From Oscillospiraceae bacterium (lineage in GTDB: Bacteria; Bacillota; Clostridia; Oscillospirales; Ruminococcaceae), in assembly GCA_014799365.1 (NCBI GenBank), contig JAAVIF010000075.1, positions 6 to 64,005 on the forward strand: DNA of 64,000 nucleotides, written 5' to 3'. Under the pieces are notes generated by a model. It ran no database searches, was not told the origin of the DNA, and saw only the letters and a program-made list of their open reading frames with translations. The position numbers and the translations under genes are program-made. Of this stretch, positions 9,650-19,251 are shown piece by piece. How positions within the stretch are numbered: the stretch's first letter is position 1; the number at the start of each line of letters is the position of its first letter.

Positions 9650-10710
9650 ATACACGCAAAGCATTGAAACGGCCGAAAAATCAGTTAAATAAATTCAGCC
9701 TGAGAGTGCGCCTGACGCTTTTGGTTTCCGTCGAGCTGGTCCTTTGTATCTGGATAGCTATCGGGCTGACGGAACTGCTAAAAAATTTTATACACATTGA
9801 GTCGGGTTTTCTGCTAATGCTGGCCGTGCTGGGTATCAGCCTGCTGATCGGCATCGGAGTGACCGGCGTGCTTTCCCATTTGTTTTTTGACCCCATAAAA
9901 AAACTTGAAAATGCGATGAAAACGGTCGCCGAAGGTGATTTTTCCGTGCGTCTGGATATTGATAACTGCGCAAGGGAAATTCGGGAGATATATTCCGGAT
10001 TTAATCTTATGGCGCATGAGCTTGCCGCTACCGAGATATTGCAGACGGACTTTGTGTCGAACGTTTCTCACGAATTTAAAACGCCGATCAACGCTATTGA
10101 AGGGTACACAACGCTTTTGCAGGGCTGCGAAAATCTTGACGGCGATCAGAAGCAATATGTGGAAAAGATATTATTCAACACTCAAAGACTATCCTCTCTC
10201 GTAGGAAATATCCTGCTTCTCTCCAAAATTGAAAATCAGCTGATACCAACCAATCAGACTGTGTTTTCTCTCGATGAGCAGATTCGTCAATCAATTGTTG
10301 CGCTGGAACCCGCATGGGCTGAGAAGGATATTGAGTTTGACGTGGATCTGGATAATATTGAATATCTCGGAAGCGAAAATCTTCTCCGCCATATATGGGA
10401 TAACCTGATCGGCAATGCTATTAAATTTGATCCGCAGTGCGGACTTGTGCGAATTCGCCTGAGGAAAGACGTCAATGCGGTCGTTTTTACTATTGAGGAC
10501 AACGGTCCGGGTATTTCCGAGGAAGCGAAAAAGCACATTTTCGATAAATTTTATCAGGCGGACAGCTCTCACAAGGACGAGGGCAACGGTCTGGGCCTTG
10601 CGCTCGTCAAGCGAATACTTACCATAATCGGAGGAGAAATAAGTGCCGAAAATCTGAGCGGCGGAGGGTGCTCGTTTATTGTGACCTTGAAGGCCAAGGA
10701 GATGCCGTAG
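9646..10710 (+). CDS. Sensor histidine kinase (2 TM, HAMP, HisKA, HATPase)
   Basis: SHEFKTP H-box, NAIKF, DNGPG and GNGLGL. Confidence 0.92.
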   Translation: MNTRKALKRPKNQLNKFSLRVRLTLLVSVELVLCIWIAIGLTELLKNFIHIESGFLLMLAVLGISLLIGIGVTGVLSHLFFDPIKKLENAMKTVAEGDFSVRLDIDNCAREIREIYSGFNLMAHELAATEILQTDFVSNVSHEFKTPINAIEGYTTLLQGCENLDGDQKQYVEKILFNTQRLSSLVGNILLLSKIENQLIPTNQTVFSLDEQIRQSIVALEPAWAEKDIEFDVDLDNIEYLGSENLLRHIWDNLIGNAIKFDPQCGLVRIRLRKDVNAVVFTIEDNGPGISEEAKKHIFDKFYQADSSHKDEGNGLGLALVKRILTIIGGEISAENLSGGGCSFIVTLKAKEMP

Positions 10711-10745
10711 GCTCTGTATTTATATGCAATAAGGGAGACCGCATT

Positions 10746-11651
10746 ATGTCAAAGCTTTTGTTTATCTACAATCCCTGCTCGGGCAGGGGAAAAATCAAAT
10801 CTCACCTTTCAGATGTAGTGGATATCTTCACTAAAAACGGTTATGAGGTAACTGTATATCCCACTCAATCTCAGGGCGACTGTACACGCCGTGCAGCAGC
10901 TGCCGCACAGGAGGATTTTGACAGAATTATCGCTGCAGGCGGAGACGGTATGATGCACGAGCTGATGGTCGCGGCTGTCGGTTCAAAAATGAAAACTGTT
11001 GTGGGATACATTCCTACGGGAACGGTAAATGATTTTGCTGCGTCCAACCATATCCCGCGGAACATAAATGCGGCGGCAGAAAACGCCGTCCAAGGAACGG
11101 CCGCCTATATCGACGCCGCGTCCTTTAACCAAACATACTTTTCTTATGTGGCGGCGTTTGGGCTGATCACACAAGTTTCGTACAGCACCGATCAACGGGC
11201 GAAAAATTTTATGGGAGGTCTTGCGTATTTTTTTGAAGCGATGAAAAGCCTTGATTCCGAGCATATCAGCGAGGCAAGCAATTTTTTGGATATAACAGCA
11301 GATGAACGCAAATTTTCGGGTGAGTTTATTTTCGGGGCCGTGACCAATTCCACCTCTATCGGTTCAATGAAAAACTTCTTTCCGCCCGATGTAAAGCTTG
11401 ATGACGGGATACTTGAGGGTATATTCATCAAGCGTCCGAAAAATATTATAGAGCTGGATAATATCCGCAAAAGCCTGATGAACAAAAAATTGGATGCGGA
11501 TTGTATCGTGTCCGTTCGTGCCGCAGATTTTCTTATAAAATCGGAAAAGCAGATGGCATGGACACTGGACGGCGAAAACGGGGGCGTCCATGAGAATGTA
11601 AGTATTCGGGCGATCCCGCAGGCGATACGAATAGCACTTCCGGCTTTATGA
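10746..11651 (+). CDS. Diacylglycerol/lipid kinase (YegS/DAGK family)
   Basis: NPCSG, GGDG, PTGTVNDFA and LDGE motifs; start re-called at MSKLL. Confidence 0.88.
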   Translation: MSKLLFIYNPCSGRGKIKSHLSDVVDIFTKNGYEVTVYPTQSQGDCTRRAAAAAQEDFDRIIAAGGDGMMHELMVAAVGSKMKTVVGYIPTGTVNDFAASNHIPRNINAAAENAVQGTAAYIDAASFNQTYFSYVAAFGLITQVSYSTDQRAKNFMGGLAYFFEAMKSLDSEHISEASNFLDITADERKFSGEFIFGAVTNSTSIGSMKNFFPPDVKLDDGILEGIFIKRPKNIIELDNIRKSLMNKKLDADCIVSVRAADFLIKSEKQMAWTLDGENGGVHENVSIRAIPQAIRIALPAL

Positions 11652-11960
11652 CGGCCGCGGCAGGGCAGCTGTACTGTTCTCCAATGTTAGTGGGGAAACA
11701 TTTATATCGAACACCGAAGCGTGTTAATATAAAGCCGGACATGCAGCTTTTCTGCATATTTTGCTGCTTACCGCTCGTTAGGGCGACACCGCACAATTAT
11801 TGCCAAGGCTGTGTACTCCGATCGGCGTTACATAAGTAAAAGGGGATGTAAAAATATTGTGCTCGGTGCCGCACGGGCTTTTACGTTGTGTTAACGCTTA
11901 GAATTGCGCTTTATATAATGTTTTTTTGTCTGAAGCAGGCTGCACCGCTCCCGCGGGGGG

Positions 11961-12120
11961 CTTAAGGTAACACCAAAAGGGGGGAGATGGTTCTGTAAAA
12001 AAGCACACGATTGTTTGTGCAAAAACAACGTTTTTTCTGTTACATTAAGCTTTTTTAAGGAAAAAGTTTTTTCTTTGTGTTTTTCACAGCCCCACTCCCC
12101 CCTTTAGGTTTCACCTTAAG
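11961..12120. repeat. Imperfect ~45-bp inverted repeat (MITE-like or long hairpin)
   Basis: cttaaggtaacaccaaaaggggggagatggttctgtaaaaaagcac versus the reverse complement of the right arm, cttaaggtgaaacctaaaggggggagtggggctgtgaaaaacac. Confidence 0.7.
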
Positions 12121-12238
12121 AATCCCTTCCTTATCCCCCCTCTGATATGTAGTGCTAATTTGTTTGTGGGTTTCTCTTTGTAAAGTAGCCGGTTTTTGTT
12201 TAATTTAAAAGGGACTGTGTTTTTTTACAGCCCCTTTT
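12112..12238. repeat. Dispersed intergenic repeat, copy 2
   Basis: Direct near-identity to 1-126. Confidence 0.9.
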
Positions 12239-12253
12239 TTTAATCATTGTTCT

Positions 12254-12320
12254 ATACTAATCTCTGTTTTGACAGTAGACAAAACAGAACAGGGTCTACT
12301 GTCAAAACAGAGATTAGTAT
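12254..12320. repeat. Perfect 27-bp inverted repeat with 13-nt spacer
   Basis: atactaatctctgttttgacagtagac / gtctactgtcaaaacagagattagtat. Confidence 0.9.
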
Positions 12321-12667
12321 TACTCCTTATGAGGAACGTCGCAGATGGTATGATGCTAATTGGTAAGTTGGTTAGGGGTTTATCGCTTTTGTTTCCGGGA
12401 AGCGGTTTAACAAAAGAAAGCGATGCAGCAGCACCGCTTCCCGCAAAGCTCATACAGTGCTCGGGTCGCTCCACGGCGTTGCCCTATCCTCCGTATGAGC
12501 AAAGCAATTAGTATTATGTCCAAAATTTCATTTATATATGGATTCATTTTCATTCGTACACTGATGGGGGCGGCACTTTTTTATGTTATTAAAAAGATTT
12601 GTTGAACATAAACAAAAAAATAAAACCCGACCTAAGCCGAGTTTTATCGGGTCCAGCGTCACGCTGG

Positions 12668-12741
12668 TGGCAGGGGTGGTAGGAATCGAACCCACGTCAA
12701 AGGTTTTGGAGACCCCTATTCTACCATTGAACCACACCCCT
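12668..12741 (-). tRNA. tRNA-Trp (CCA)
   Basis: Cloverleaf, anticodon loop CT-CCA-AA, GGTTCGATTCC T-arm, 3' CCA. Confidence 0.95.
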
Positions 12742-12787
12742 ATGTATCTGTTTAAACGGAAAACCATTTAAACAGACGCGAGCATCA

Positions 12788-12864
12788 TGGTGCGCCAACA
12801 GGGACTCGAACCCCGGACCGACCGGTTATGAGCCGGTTGCTCTAACCAACTGAGCTATTGGCGC
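12788..12864 (-). tRNA. tRNA with CAT anticodon, probably Ile2 (lysidine) rather than Met
   Basis: Cloverleaf with accgg-CTCATAA-ccggt anticodon arm, as in Firmicute tRNA-Ile2; 3' ACCA. Confidence 0.9.
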
Positions 12865-12867
12865 ATG

Positions 12868-12943
12868 TGGTGATCCACCCGGGAATCGAACCCGGGACAC
12901 CCTGCTTAAAAGGCAGGTGCTCTGCCGCCTGAGCTAGTGGATC
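12868..12943 (-). tRNA. tRNA-Lys (TTT)
   Basis: Anticodon loop CT-TTT-AA, T-arm GGTTCGATTCC, 3' ACCA. Confidence 0.95.
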
Positions 12944-12970
12944 AACTGATGCTCAAATTGCAACGCTGAT

Positions 12971-12999
12971 ATTATACCAAAATTTTTAAAAAAAGTCAA
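12971..12999 (-). promoter_or_regulatory. Promoter of the tRNA Lys-Ile2-Trp operon
   Basis: TTGACT-17 bp-TATAAT with extended TG. Confidence 0.75.
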
Positions 13000-13059
13000 T
13001 ACCTTTTTAAAAATTTTATTTGTTTTATGAGAACATAAACCTTAGAGTTTAAGCATCGT

Positions 13060-14028
13060 TCACTCAAAAGGATAAACCACGCCCCACCTTTTCCTAAGCC
13101 CATCCATTATCCTCATCATCTTAACGGTCTCACGGTGCGGCATTTCATCGGGCTGTATTTTTCCCTCTCCGATTGCTTTAACCGCCGACATCAGCTCATA
13201 TTCAAACCCCGTGATCTGGGTCGGACGCTCGATAATTTCCGCGCCCTTATCGGTATAAACGGTAAGCCTTGCTATATCTATGATAAATTCCGCTTCTATT
13301 CTGCCCTTAGTGCCGTAAATGACGCCCCTCGAATCCATTTCGGAGATCATACTGCTGCCCAGCACCGCCATTTTTCCGCTGCCATAGCTTAAAGTAAAGG
13401 CATTTTGCAGATCAACGCCCTTGTCGCTTAACACGGCATTGGTATCGACTCTTATAACAGGCTCGTTGATTATCATGGACGCAAAATTCAACGGATATAT
13501 CCCCACGTCAAGCAGCGCGCCGCCGGCAAGCTCGGGCTCGGTAAGCCTTTTAACGGCTGTCATTTCACCGCCCGTAAATGCGGTAACGCAGGTAACCTCT
13601 CCGATAACTCCGCAGTTTATTAAATCATTCAGTTTTTTCTGAATGGGCTGGTATCTTGACCATATCGCTTCTCCCGCAAACAGTCCCTTTTCCTTTGCGG
13701 CAGCGAAAACCTTGATTGCCTGCTCGGCGTTTGCCGCCAAGGGCTTTTCAACTAAAACATGCTTTCCGTGTTCAAGGCACATCAGCGCGTTTTCGGCGTG
13801 AAAAGCGTGAGGCGTGGCAATATAAACCAGATCCACATTGTCGTCCTGCGCCATTTCCTCATAGCTTCCGTACGCCTTTGCCGCTCCGTAGGTACGGGCA
13901 AAATCCAAAGCCTTGTCCATGCTTCTGCTGGCTGCTGCATAAAGCGTTACGCCGTCGGTTTTGTTTACCGTGTCCGCCATTTTTGTTGCAATTCCGCCTA
14001 AGCCCAAAATTCCAACCTTGATCTCCAT
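13060..14028 (-). CDS. Gfo/Idh/MocA oxidoreductase
   Basis: GLGGIA, VYIATPH, HVLVEKP and GGALLDVGIY; start re-called at MEIKV. Confidence 0.9.
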   Translation of the reverse strand: MEIKVGILGLGGIATKMADTVNKTDGVTLYAAASRSMDKALDFARTYGAAKAYGSYEEMAQDDNVDLVYIATPHAFHAENALMCLEHGKHVLVEKPLAANAEQAIKVFAAAKEKGLFAGEAIWSRYQPIQKKLNDLINCGVIGEVTCVTAFTGGEMTAVKRLTEPELAGGALLDVGIYPLNFASMIINEPVIRVDTNAVLSDKGVDLQNAFTLSYGSGKMAVLGSSMISEMDSRGVIYGTKGRIEAEFIIDIARLTVYTDKGAEIIERPTQITGFEYELMSAVKAIGEGKIQPDEMPHRETVKMMRIMDGLRKRWGVVYPFE

Positions 14029-14080
14029 TTTATCTTCCTTTCTTTCATACTGATTTTTAGTTTTGAGAATAGCATCAAGC

Positions 14081-15430
14081 TCAGCCGCAGTACTCAATGA
14101 TTGCCTTAGCGAAAATCTCCGCGGAGGTAAGCAGGGTATCTATTCCTATCCACTCGTCCGCTCCGTGAATGTGATTGTCCTGACCTTCAACCTCCATTCC
14201 GAACGCCACGCCGCCCTCTATGCCATGCACATAAGTGCCGCCGCCGATAGACTTGCAGTAACCCTCTTTTCCTGTAACGTCGGTGTACACTTTTAAGAGG
14301 GTTTTTACAAATTCGCTTTCGGGGTCAACGCTGTGAGGCTCGGAGCCTGTTACGGAAATAAATTCAAGCCCGTTTTGCTGCACTGAGGCCTTTATTTTTT
14401 CCGTTGCCGCCGCTTTGGTCAGAGAAATCGGAAAACGCATATCTGCCTTGCAGGTCAATTTTTTGCTGCTGTAATCCACTATGCTGAAAACGCAGGTAGT
14501 ACTTCCCGAAACGTCAGTTACGTCAAGCCCCATAGCCCTTGCGTCCGTTTCACCCGCAGGGAAAAGAGAAAGCAGCGACATAAGCATATTTTTATCGTTT
14601 TCGGGCAGATCGGTTTTCAAAAGGTATTCAAAAAGCTTTGTAAAGGCGTTTACTCCCTGCTCGGGAGTAGAAGCGTGGGCGGATTTGCCGCTGCATATGA
14701 TAACCGTGTTTCCGTTTTCAAAGGTACAGGAGATATTTTCCTCTTTAGGTAAGCTTATCTCGCCCTTTAGTATCGCTTTGACCTCCGAAGGCACCGCGTT
14801 TACTACCGTACCGCCCTTTATGCTTTCAATAAGCGAGCAGTCAAAATCGCCGCCGAATGTAAATCTCAGCATTCCCTTTTCCGTTGTAATAATGGGAAAT
14901 TCGGCGTCGGGAGTAAATACCGCTTTCGGCATTTCCGATCTTTTCATATATTCCTCAATATCAAGCTCCGAGCCCGTTTCCTCCGAACAGCCCACTATCA
15001 GCCTTACGTTTCTTTTAAGAGAATAGCCGCACTCCCTTACCGCCTTCATTGCAAAAAGCGAAGCTATTACCGCTCCTTTGTCGTCCATACAGCCTCTTCC
15101 GTACAGTCTGCCGTCCTTTTCGGTCACATCGTAGGGCGGAAAGCTCCAGTCCTTTTCGGTTACGGGAACAACGTCAAGGTGAGCCAGTATGCCAAGCTCC
15201 GGGACGGTGCCGTCAATATAGTCCGCACTGCCCGCGTAATAATCATAGTTGCTGCTTTTAAAGCCGTTTTCCTCGCATATTTTCAGAAATTCCTCCAACA
15301 CCCTGCCGCACTGCGCGCCAAAGGGATATTTTCCCTCTTTTTCTCCGCTTACCGACGGTATTTTAACCAGTCCGGCAAGAGCCGTTTTCATTTCGGGGAG
15401 GCTGCTTTTAAGATAATCCTTTATTTCCAT
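14081..15430 (-). CDS. M20 (Sapep/PepV-like) dipeptidase
   Basis: HLDVVP, GRGCMDDKG, SEE, SAHAS, GGGTY and HGADE. Confidence 0.88.
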   Translation of the reverse strand: MEIKDYLKSSLPEMKTALAGLVKIPSVSGEKEGKYPFGAQCGRVLEEFLKICEENGFKSSNYDYYAGSADYIDGTVPELGILAHLDVVPVTEKDWSFPPYDVTEKDGRLYGRGCMDDKGAVIASLFAMKAVRECGYSLKRNVRLIVGCSEETGSELDIEEYMKRSEMPKAVFTPDAEFPIITTEKGMLRFTFGGDFDCSLIESIKGGTVVNAVPSEVKAILKGEISLPKEENISCTFENGNTVIICSGKSAHASTPEQGVNAFTKLFEYLLKTDLPENDKNMLMSLLSLFPAGETDARAMGLDVTDVSGSTTCVFSIVDYSSKKLTCKADMRFPISLTKAAATEKIKASVQQNGLEFISVTGSEPHSVDPESEFVKTLLKVYTDVTGKEGYCKSIGGGTYVHGIEGGVAFGMEVEGQDNHIHGADEWIGIDTLLTSAEIFAKAIIEYCG

Positions 15431-15431
15431 T

Positions 15432-16625
15432 TTATTTACCTTTCTTGTTTTTTTCTTTTTTGTCGGTACCCGATTTGTTTCGGTCGACAGTATTTATGAT
15501 AGAATTTTTAGCCTGCTTTTCCTGATATTTTTTTATACTTGTCTCATACTCGCCCAGCAGTCTTGAAATATCTCTTATCGCGGTATCGGGGGCGTACATT
15601 TCCACCTTGCGGCGTTTGGTGTCCCCGTTTTTTTGCTCCTGTGTAAATACGATCTCAAGCCTGTGCCTTTTGGTGTTTAAGTTTCCGAAGGTAGCGTCGG
15701 GCTGAATTTTTCTCCAATGATAATAAGTACCGCCGTAGTACACCGATTTGTTTCCCACTATAACTCTGGAACCGTTTTGCATCATTCTTTCATAATTGAA
15801 CTTTGGCATAATGAAGAACAGCAGGGCGAATATCACAAATACGCCGATACTGAAAAACAAACTAATCCACATCAAATTGGTTTTAACGATAGCGGTGGCC
15901 AAAATATAGATATAGTAGATCGAAAAGGCAAATCCAAACAGGCCTATTGCAAGATAAAAGCCTCGGTTGCGTTTTTTTGCCTCTTCCGCAAGGTCGACAA
16001 GCTCGTACTTTTTAAGTCTGTATTCAAGCCTTACGCCTTTTCCCTTTAACAGCTTGTCCAATGTTAACGCCGCGGGAAAATAGTAAATAAAGTCGATAAC
16101 CAGAACGGCGGCGGTAAACACCGAAAACGCAATGCCGAAAGCTATCTGCGTACCGTCCAGATCCACGTTGAAAAAGTACGCGGAAAGAACGCCCAAAACC
16201 GCGCCGAACAGCAGCAGCCATAAAAACGACCATAGCATAGGATTTTGCGGGCAATAAAACTTTCTTTTTTCCTTTGGCTTGTCGTTTGGGTGCGTGATGC
16301 TTCCCTCTTCAAATTTTTTCAGATTTTCGAGAGCCTCGCTTGTGCTTTCGTAATCATCTTCATTATCTTCGCTGTCGTTATATGTGCCGTCCGAAATTGC
16401 CGTACCGTTATGATCCGAGGCTTCATTAACGTACCTTGTGTTTGCAAAATCGGCTTCCGAAAAAGCTTTCGCCGCGTCGTTTTCGGCAGTCATACCGGGC
16501 ACAAAGTCCCTGTCGCTTTCGGAAAAGTCCTGAGATTGCTCCGACGCTTTATCCAACGGTGCGCCGCATTCCATGCAAAATCTTGACTCGGCCGTATTTT
16601 CATATCCGCACTTATTGCATTTCAT
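15432..16625 (-). CDS. Zinc-ribbon domain membrane protein
   Basis: N-terminal CxxC...CxxC, acidic linker, about 4 TM segments. Confidence 0.75.
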   Translation of the reverse strand: MKCNKCGYENTAESRFCMECGAPLDKASEQSQDFSESDRDFVPGMTAENDAAKAFSEADFANTRYVNEASDHNGTAISDGTYNDSEDNEDDYESTSEALENLKKFEEGSITHPNDKPKEKRKFYCPQNPMLWSFLWLLLFGAVLGVLSAYFFNVDLDGTQIAFGIAFSVFTAAVLVIDFIYYFPAALTLDKLLKGKGVRLEYRLKKYELVDLAEEAKKRNRGFYLAIGLFGFAFSIYYIYILATAIVKTNLMWISLFFSIGVFVIFALLFFIMPKFNYERMMQNGSRVIVGNKSVYYGGTYYHWRKIQPDATFGNLNTKRHRLEIVFTQEQKNGDTKRRKVEMYAPDTAIRDISRLLGEYETSIKKYQEKQAKNSIINTVDRNKSGTDKKEKNKKGK

Positions 16626-16809
16626 AGCGTTTTTCCTTTCTTTATTTAACGTAAATTATGTCAAGTTCAAGTAAAAAACGTCCGACTTCTCTGATAATAA
16701 TTCTACCATATTTTTCCGTTAAAATCAACAAAAATTTACGCGAAAAGCAATAAAAATATAGAGCGATAATCTAAACAAAAAATTTTTTTATTTTATTTGC
16801 CGATAGTTA

Positions 16810-16838
16810 TTGAATTTTTTCGGAAAATATTGTATAAT
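16810..16838 (+). promoter_or_regulatory. Probable promoter of oadG-oadB
   Basis: TTGAAT-17 bp-TATAAT. Confidence 0.6.
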
Positions 16839-16894
16839 TATCTTTGAATTTGATGAAAAGTTAATGAAACCGCGGGAACGGTGGAGATAACTTA

Positions 16895-17055
16895 GAACCT
16901 GTCTTCGCAAGATGCGTACACGGATTTCCGAGCATAATTTTGCCGAAGACAAGGAAAGCGACCGCAGGCGGGCTGTCGCCCGTCAAGGGAGCTTGACGCG
17001 GTATTCGGTAAAATTTGCCGGAAAGACATGTGCGCAAGCTTGTGAAGATAGGTTC
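16895..17055. repeat. 161-bp long-hairpin element in the oadG 5' UTR (MITE-like or structured RNA)
   Basis: ~50-bp imperfect arms gaacctgtcttcgcaag...ttttgccgaa / ttcggtaaaa...cttgtgaagataggttc enclosing two small hairpins. Confidence 0.75.
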
Positions 17056-17082
17056 CTATATTTTTAAAAGGAGATAAGATTT

Positions 17083-17514
17083 ATGGCTGATTTGGCTAAG
17101 CTTTTAACGGCTGTCACAAAGGGTGCGACCGTGCCGTCGGAACATGTTGACATGATGTGGTCCACCCTTGTGACGGGTATCGTAGTCGTATTTCTGATAT
17201 TGGTATTGTTGGTATTTATCCTATGGGCGTTGGGCAAGATCCTTAATATAAAGAAAAAGCCCAAGAATACCCCTGCGGAAAGCGTTCAGGCAGTGTCCGC
17301 ACAGGCTGAACCGACGCCCGCTGCCGCCGAATCGGTTATTGAGGAATACGACGGGGACGACAGTGAGATAATTGCGGTTATTGCCGCCGCTATCGCCGCT
17401 TACGGAGAAGCTGACGGAAAGCAGTACAGGATCGCTTCCGTCAAGAGGAAGGAAAAGTCTCTGCGCAGCAATTGGAGCGCGGCTGGTATAAACGAAAATA
17501 CGCGTCCCTTTTAA
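17083..17514 (+). CDS. oadG: Na+-translocating decarboxylase gamma/delta subunit
   Basis: TM segment GIVVVFLIL, Pro/Ala linker, EIIAVIAAAI motif. Confidence 0.8.
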   Translation: MADLAKLLTAVTKGATVPSEHVDMMWSTLVTGIVVVFLILVLLVFILWALGKILNIKKKPKNTPAESVQAVSAQAEPTPAAAESVIEEYDGDDSEIIAVIAAAIAAYGEADGKQYRIASVKRKEKSLRSNWSAAGINENTRPF

Positions 17515-17572
17515 CAATATACTTTAAGAAAATGCTAACGTACTTTAAAAATTCAGAAAGGAAATAAAGCAA

Positions 17573-18763
17573 ATGTTAGAGACCTTTTGGGAAACCATAA
17601 AAACATTGGCGGCGGAATCCGCTTTTGCTAATATTTCATGGCAGCAGGGCGTTATGATCTTACTGTCCTTCCTGCTGATGTATCTTGCTATCGTCAAGAA
17701 ATTTGAGCCTTTGCTCCTTTTGCCTATCGCTTTCGGTATGGCTCTTACCAATATTCCGGGTGCGGAGCTTTATCACCCCGAATTTTTCATGACAGGCAAC
17801 ATAGATTACGGACAGGTGCTTCACGACGGAGGCCTGTTGGATATACTGTACTTAGGCGTTAAGCTTCAGCTTTTCCCGCCGCTTATTTTCTTGGGTATAG
17901 GCACAATGACCGACTTCGGTCCGCTGATTGCCAATCCGAAAAGCTTCCTTTTGGGTGCGGCGGCTCAGGCGGGTATCTTCTTCACCTTTATCGGAGCATG
18001 TCTGCTCAGCATGACGGGAATAACCTCCTTTACAATGGAGCAGGCGGCTTCTATCGGTATTATAGGCGGCGCGGACGGTCCTACCGCCATATTCGTTACC
18101 TCTAAGCTCGCCCCCGAGATGTTAGGCTCGATTGCGGTCGCGGCTTACTCCTACATGGCTCTTGTGCCTTTCATTCAGCGTCCCATTATGCTTGCGCTTA
18201 CCACCAAAAAAGAACGCTCTATCAGAATGGAGCAGCTTCGTACGGTTTCCAAGCGTGAAAGAATTATTTTCCCCGTTGCGGTAACTATCCTTGTTTCCTT
18301 TATCGTACCCGACGCTACCGCTCTTGTAGGTATGCTGATGTTGGGCAACCTGTTCAGAGAAAGCGGCGTTGTTGACAGACTTGTTAAGACCGCTCAGAAC
18401 GAGCTGATGAATATAGTTACCATTATGTTGGGCGTTACCGTCGGCGCAACGGCTACCGCGGCTAACTTCTTAAGCATTGAAACACTCGCTATAATACTGC
18501 TGGGACTTATCGCTTTCAGTATCGGTACTGCCGCAGGCGTGCTTTTCGCAAAGCTGATGAACAAGCTCAGCGGCGGAAAGATAAATCCTCTTATCGGTTC
18601 GGCAGGTGTTTCTGCGGTTCCTATGGCTGCGAGAGTAAGCCAAAAGGTAGGCGCGGAAACAGACCCCTCCAACTTTCTGCTCATGCACGCTATGGGACCC
18701 AACGTGTCGGGCGTTATCGGTTCGGCGGTTGCGGCCGGTGTATTGCTGTCGATATTTGGTTAA
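17573..18763 (+). CDS. oadB: Na+-translocating decarboxylase beta subunit
   Basis: [32 protein letters not shown] and HAMGPNVSG. Confidence 0.92.
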   Translation: MLETFWETIKTLAAESAFANISWQQGVMILLSFLLMYLAIVKKFEPLLLLPIAFGMALTNIPGAELYHPEFFMTGNIDYGQVLHDGGLLDILYLGVKLQLFPPLIFLGIGTMTDFGPLIANPKSFLLGAAAQAGIFFTFIGACLLSMTGITSFTMEQAASIGIIGGADGPTAIFVTSKLAPEMLGSIAVAAYSYMALVPFIQRPIMLALTTKKERSIRMEQLRTVSKRERIIFPVAVTILVSFIVPDATALVGMLMLGNLFRESGVVDRLVKTAQNELMNIVTIMLGVTVGATATAANFLSIETLAIILLGLIAFSIGTAAGVLFAKLMNKLSGGKINPLIGSAGVSAVPMAARVSQKVGAETDPSNFLLMHAMGPNVSGVIGSAVAAGVLLSIFG

Positions 18764-19067
18764 TTAAGCATAGCACAACTGTTTTATAATATTTTATAAT
18801 ATTTTATATCATGTAAAAAAGGCTTTTAAATCTTGCAATAAATATGCGTGATTTAAAGGCCTTTAATAATAATTATTTTGTTTTTTAGCGCAGATTGTTT
18901 GATAATGACTGTAATACTAATTCCCAATCAAAGTATAGACAAATTATGTTGTTGATTGGGAATTAGTGCTTTGGGTGTAATTGAAAACTCAATAAAAAAT
19001 ATTACCCGCCAAAAACCAAGTAAAAATAAGGTTTTGACGGGTATTTTATTGAAAAAGATTTCAACGC

Positions 19068-19222
19068 CCGAAGCGGCGGCTCCGCCTGCTTCTGTGGTGC
19101 AATAATTACTCACTTCAGGGGGCTTTGCCCCCTCACGGAGCTGAAGCTCCGTTTCACCCCTACTTCCTTTTTGCAGTGCAAAAAGGAAGCGAAAAAGACA
19201 TTTGCGGCCTCGCCGCTTTCGG
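19068..19222. repeat. REP-like multi-hairpin element between convergent genes
   Basis: Outer stem cgaagcggcg / cgccgctttcg; inner hairpins agggggc/gccccct, acggagc/gctccgt and cttcctttttgca/tgcaaaaaggaag. Confidence 0.65.
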
Positions 19223-19251
19223 TTTTTAGTTTTTTTACAGACACCCAAATC

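Noticed and set aside
12244-12771. Several short ORFs in the track
   Set aside because: They overlap palindromes and tRNA-Trp and have no convincing RBS or protein motif.
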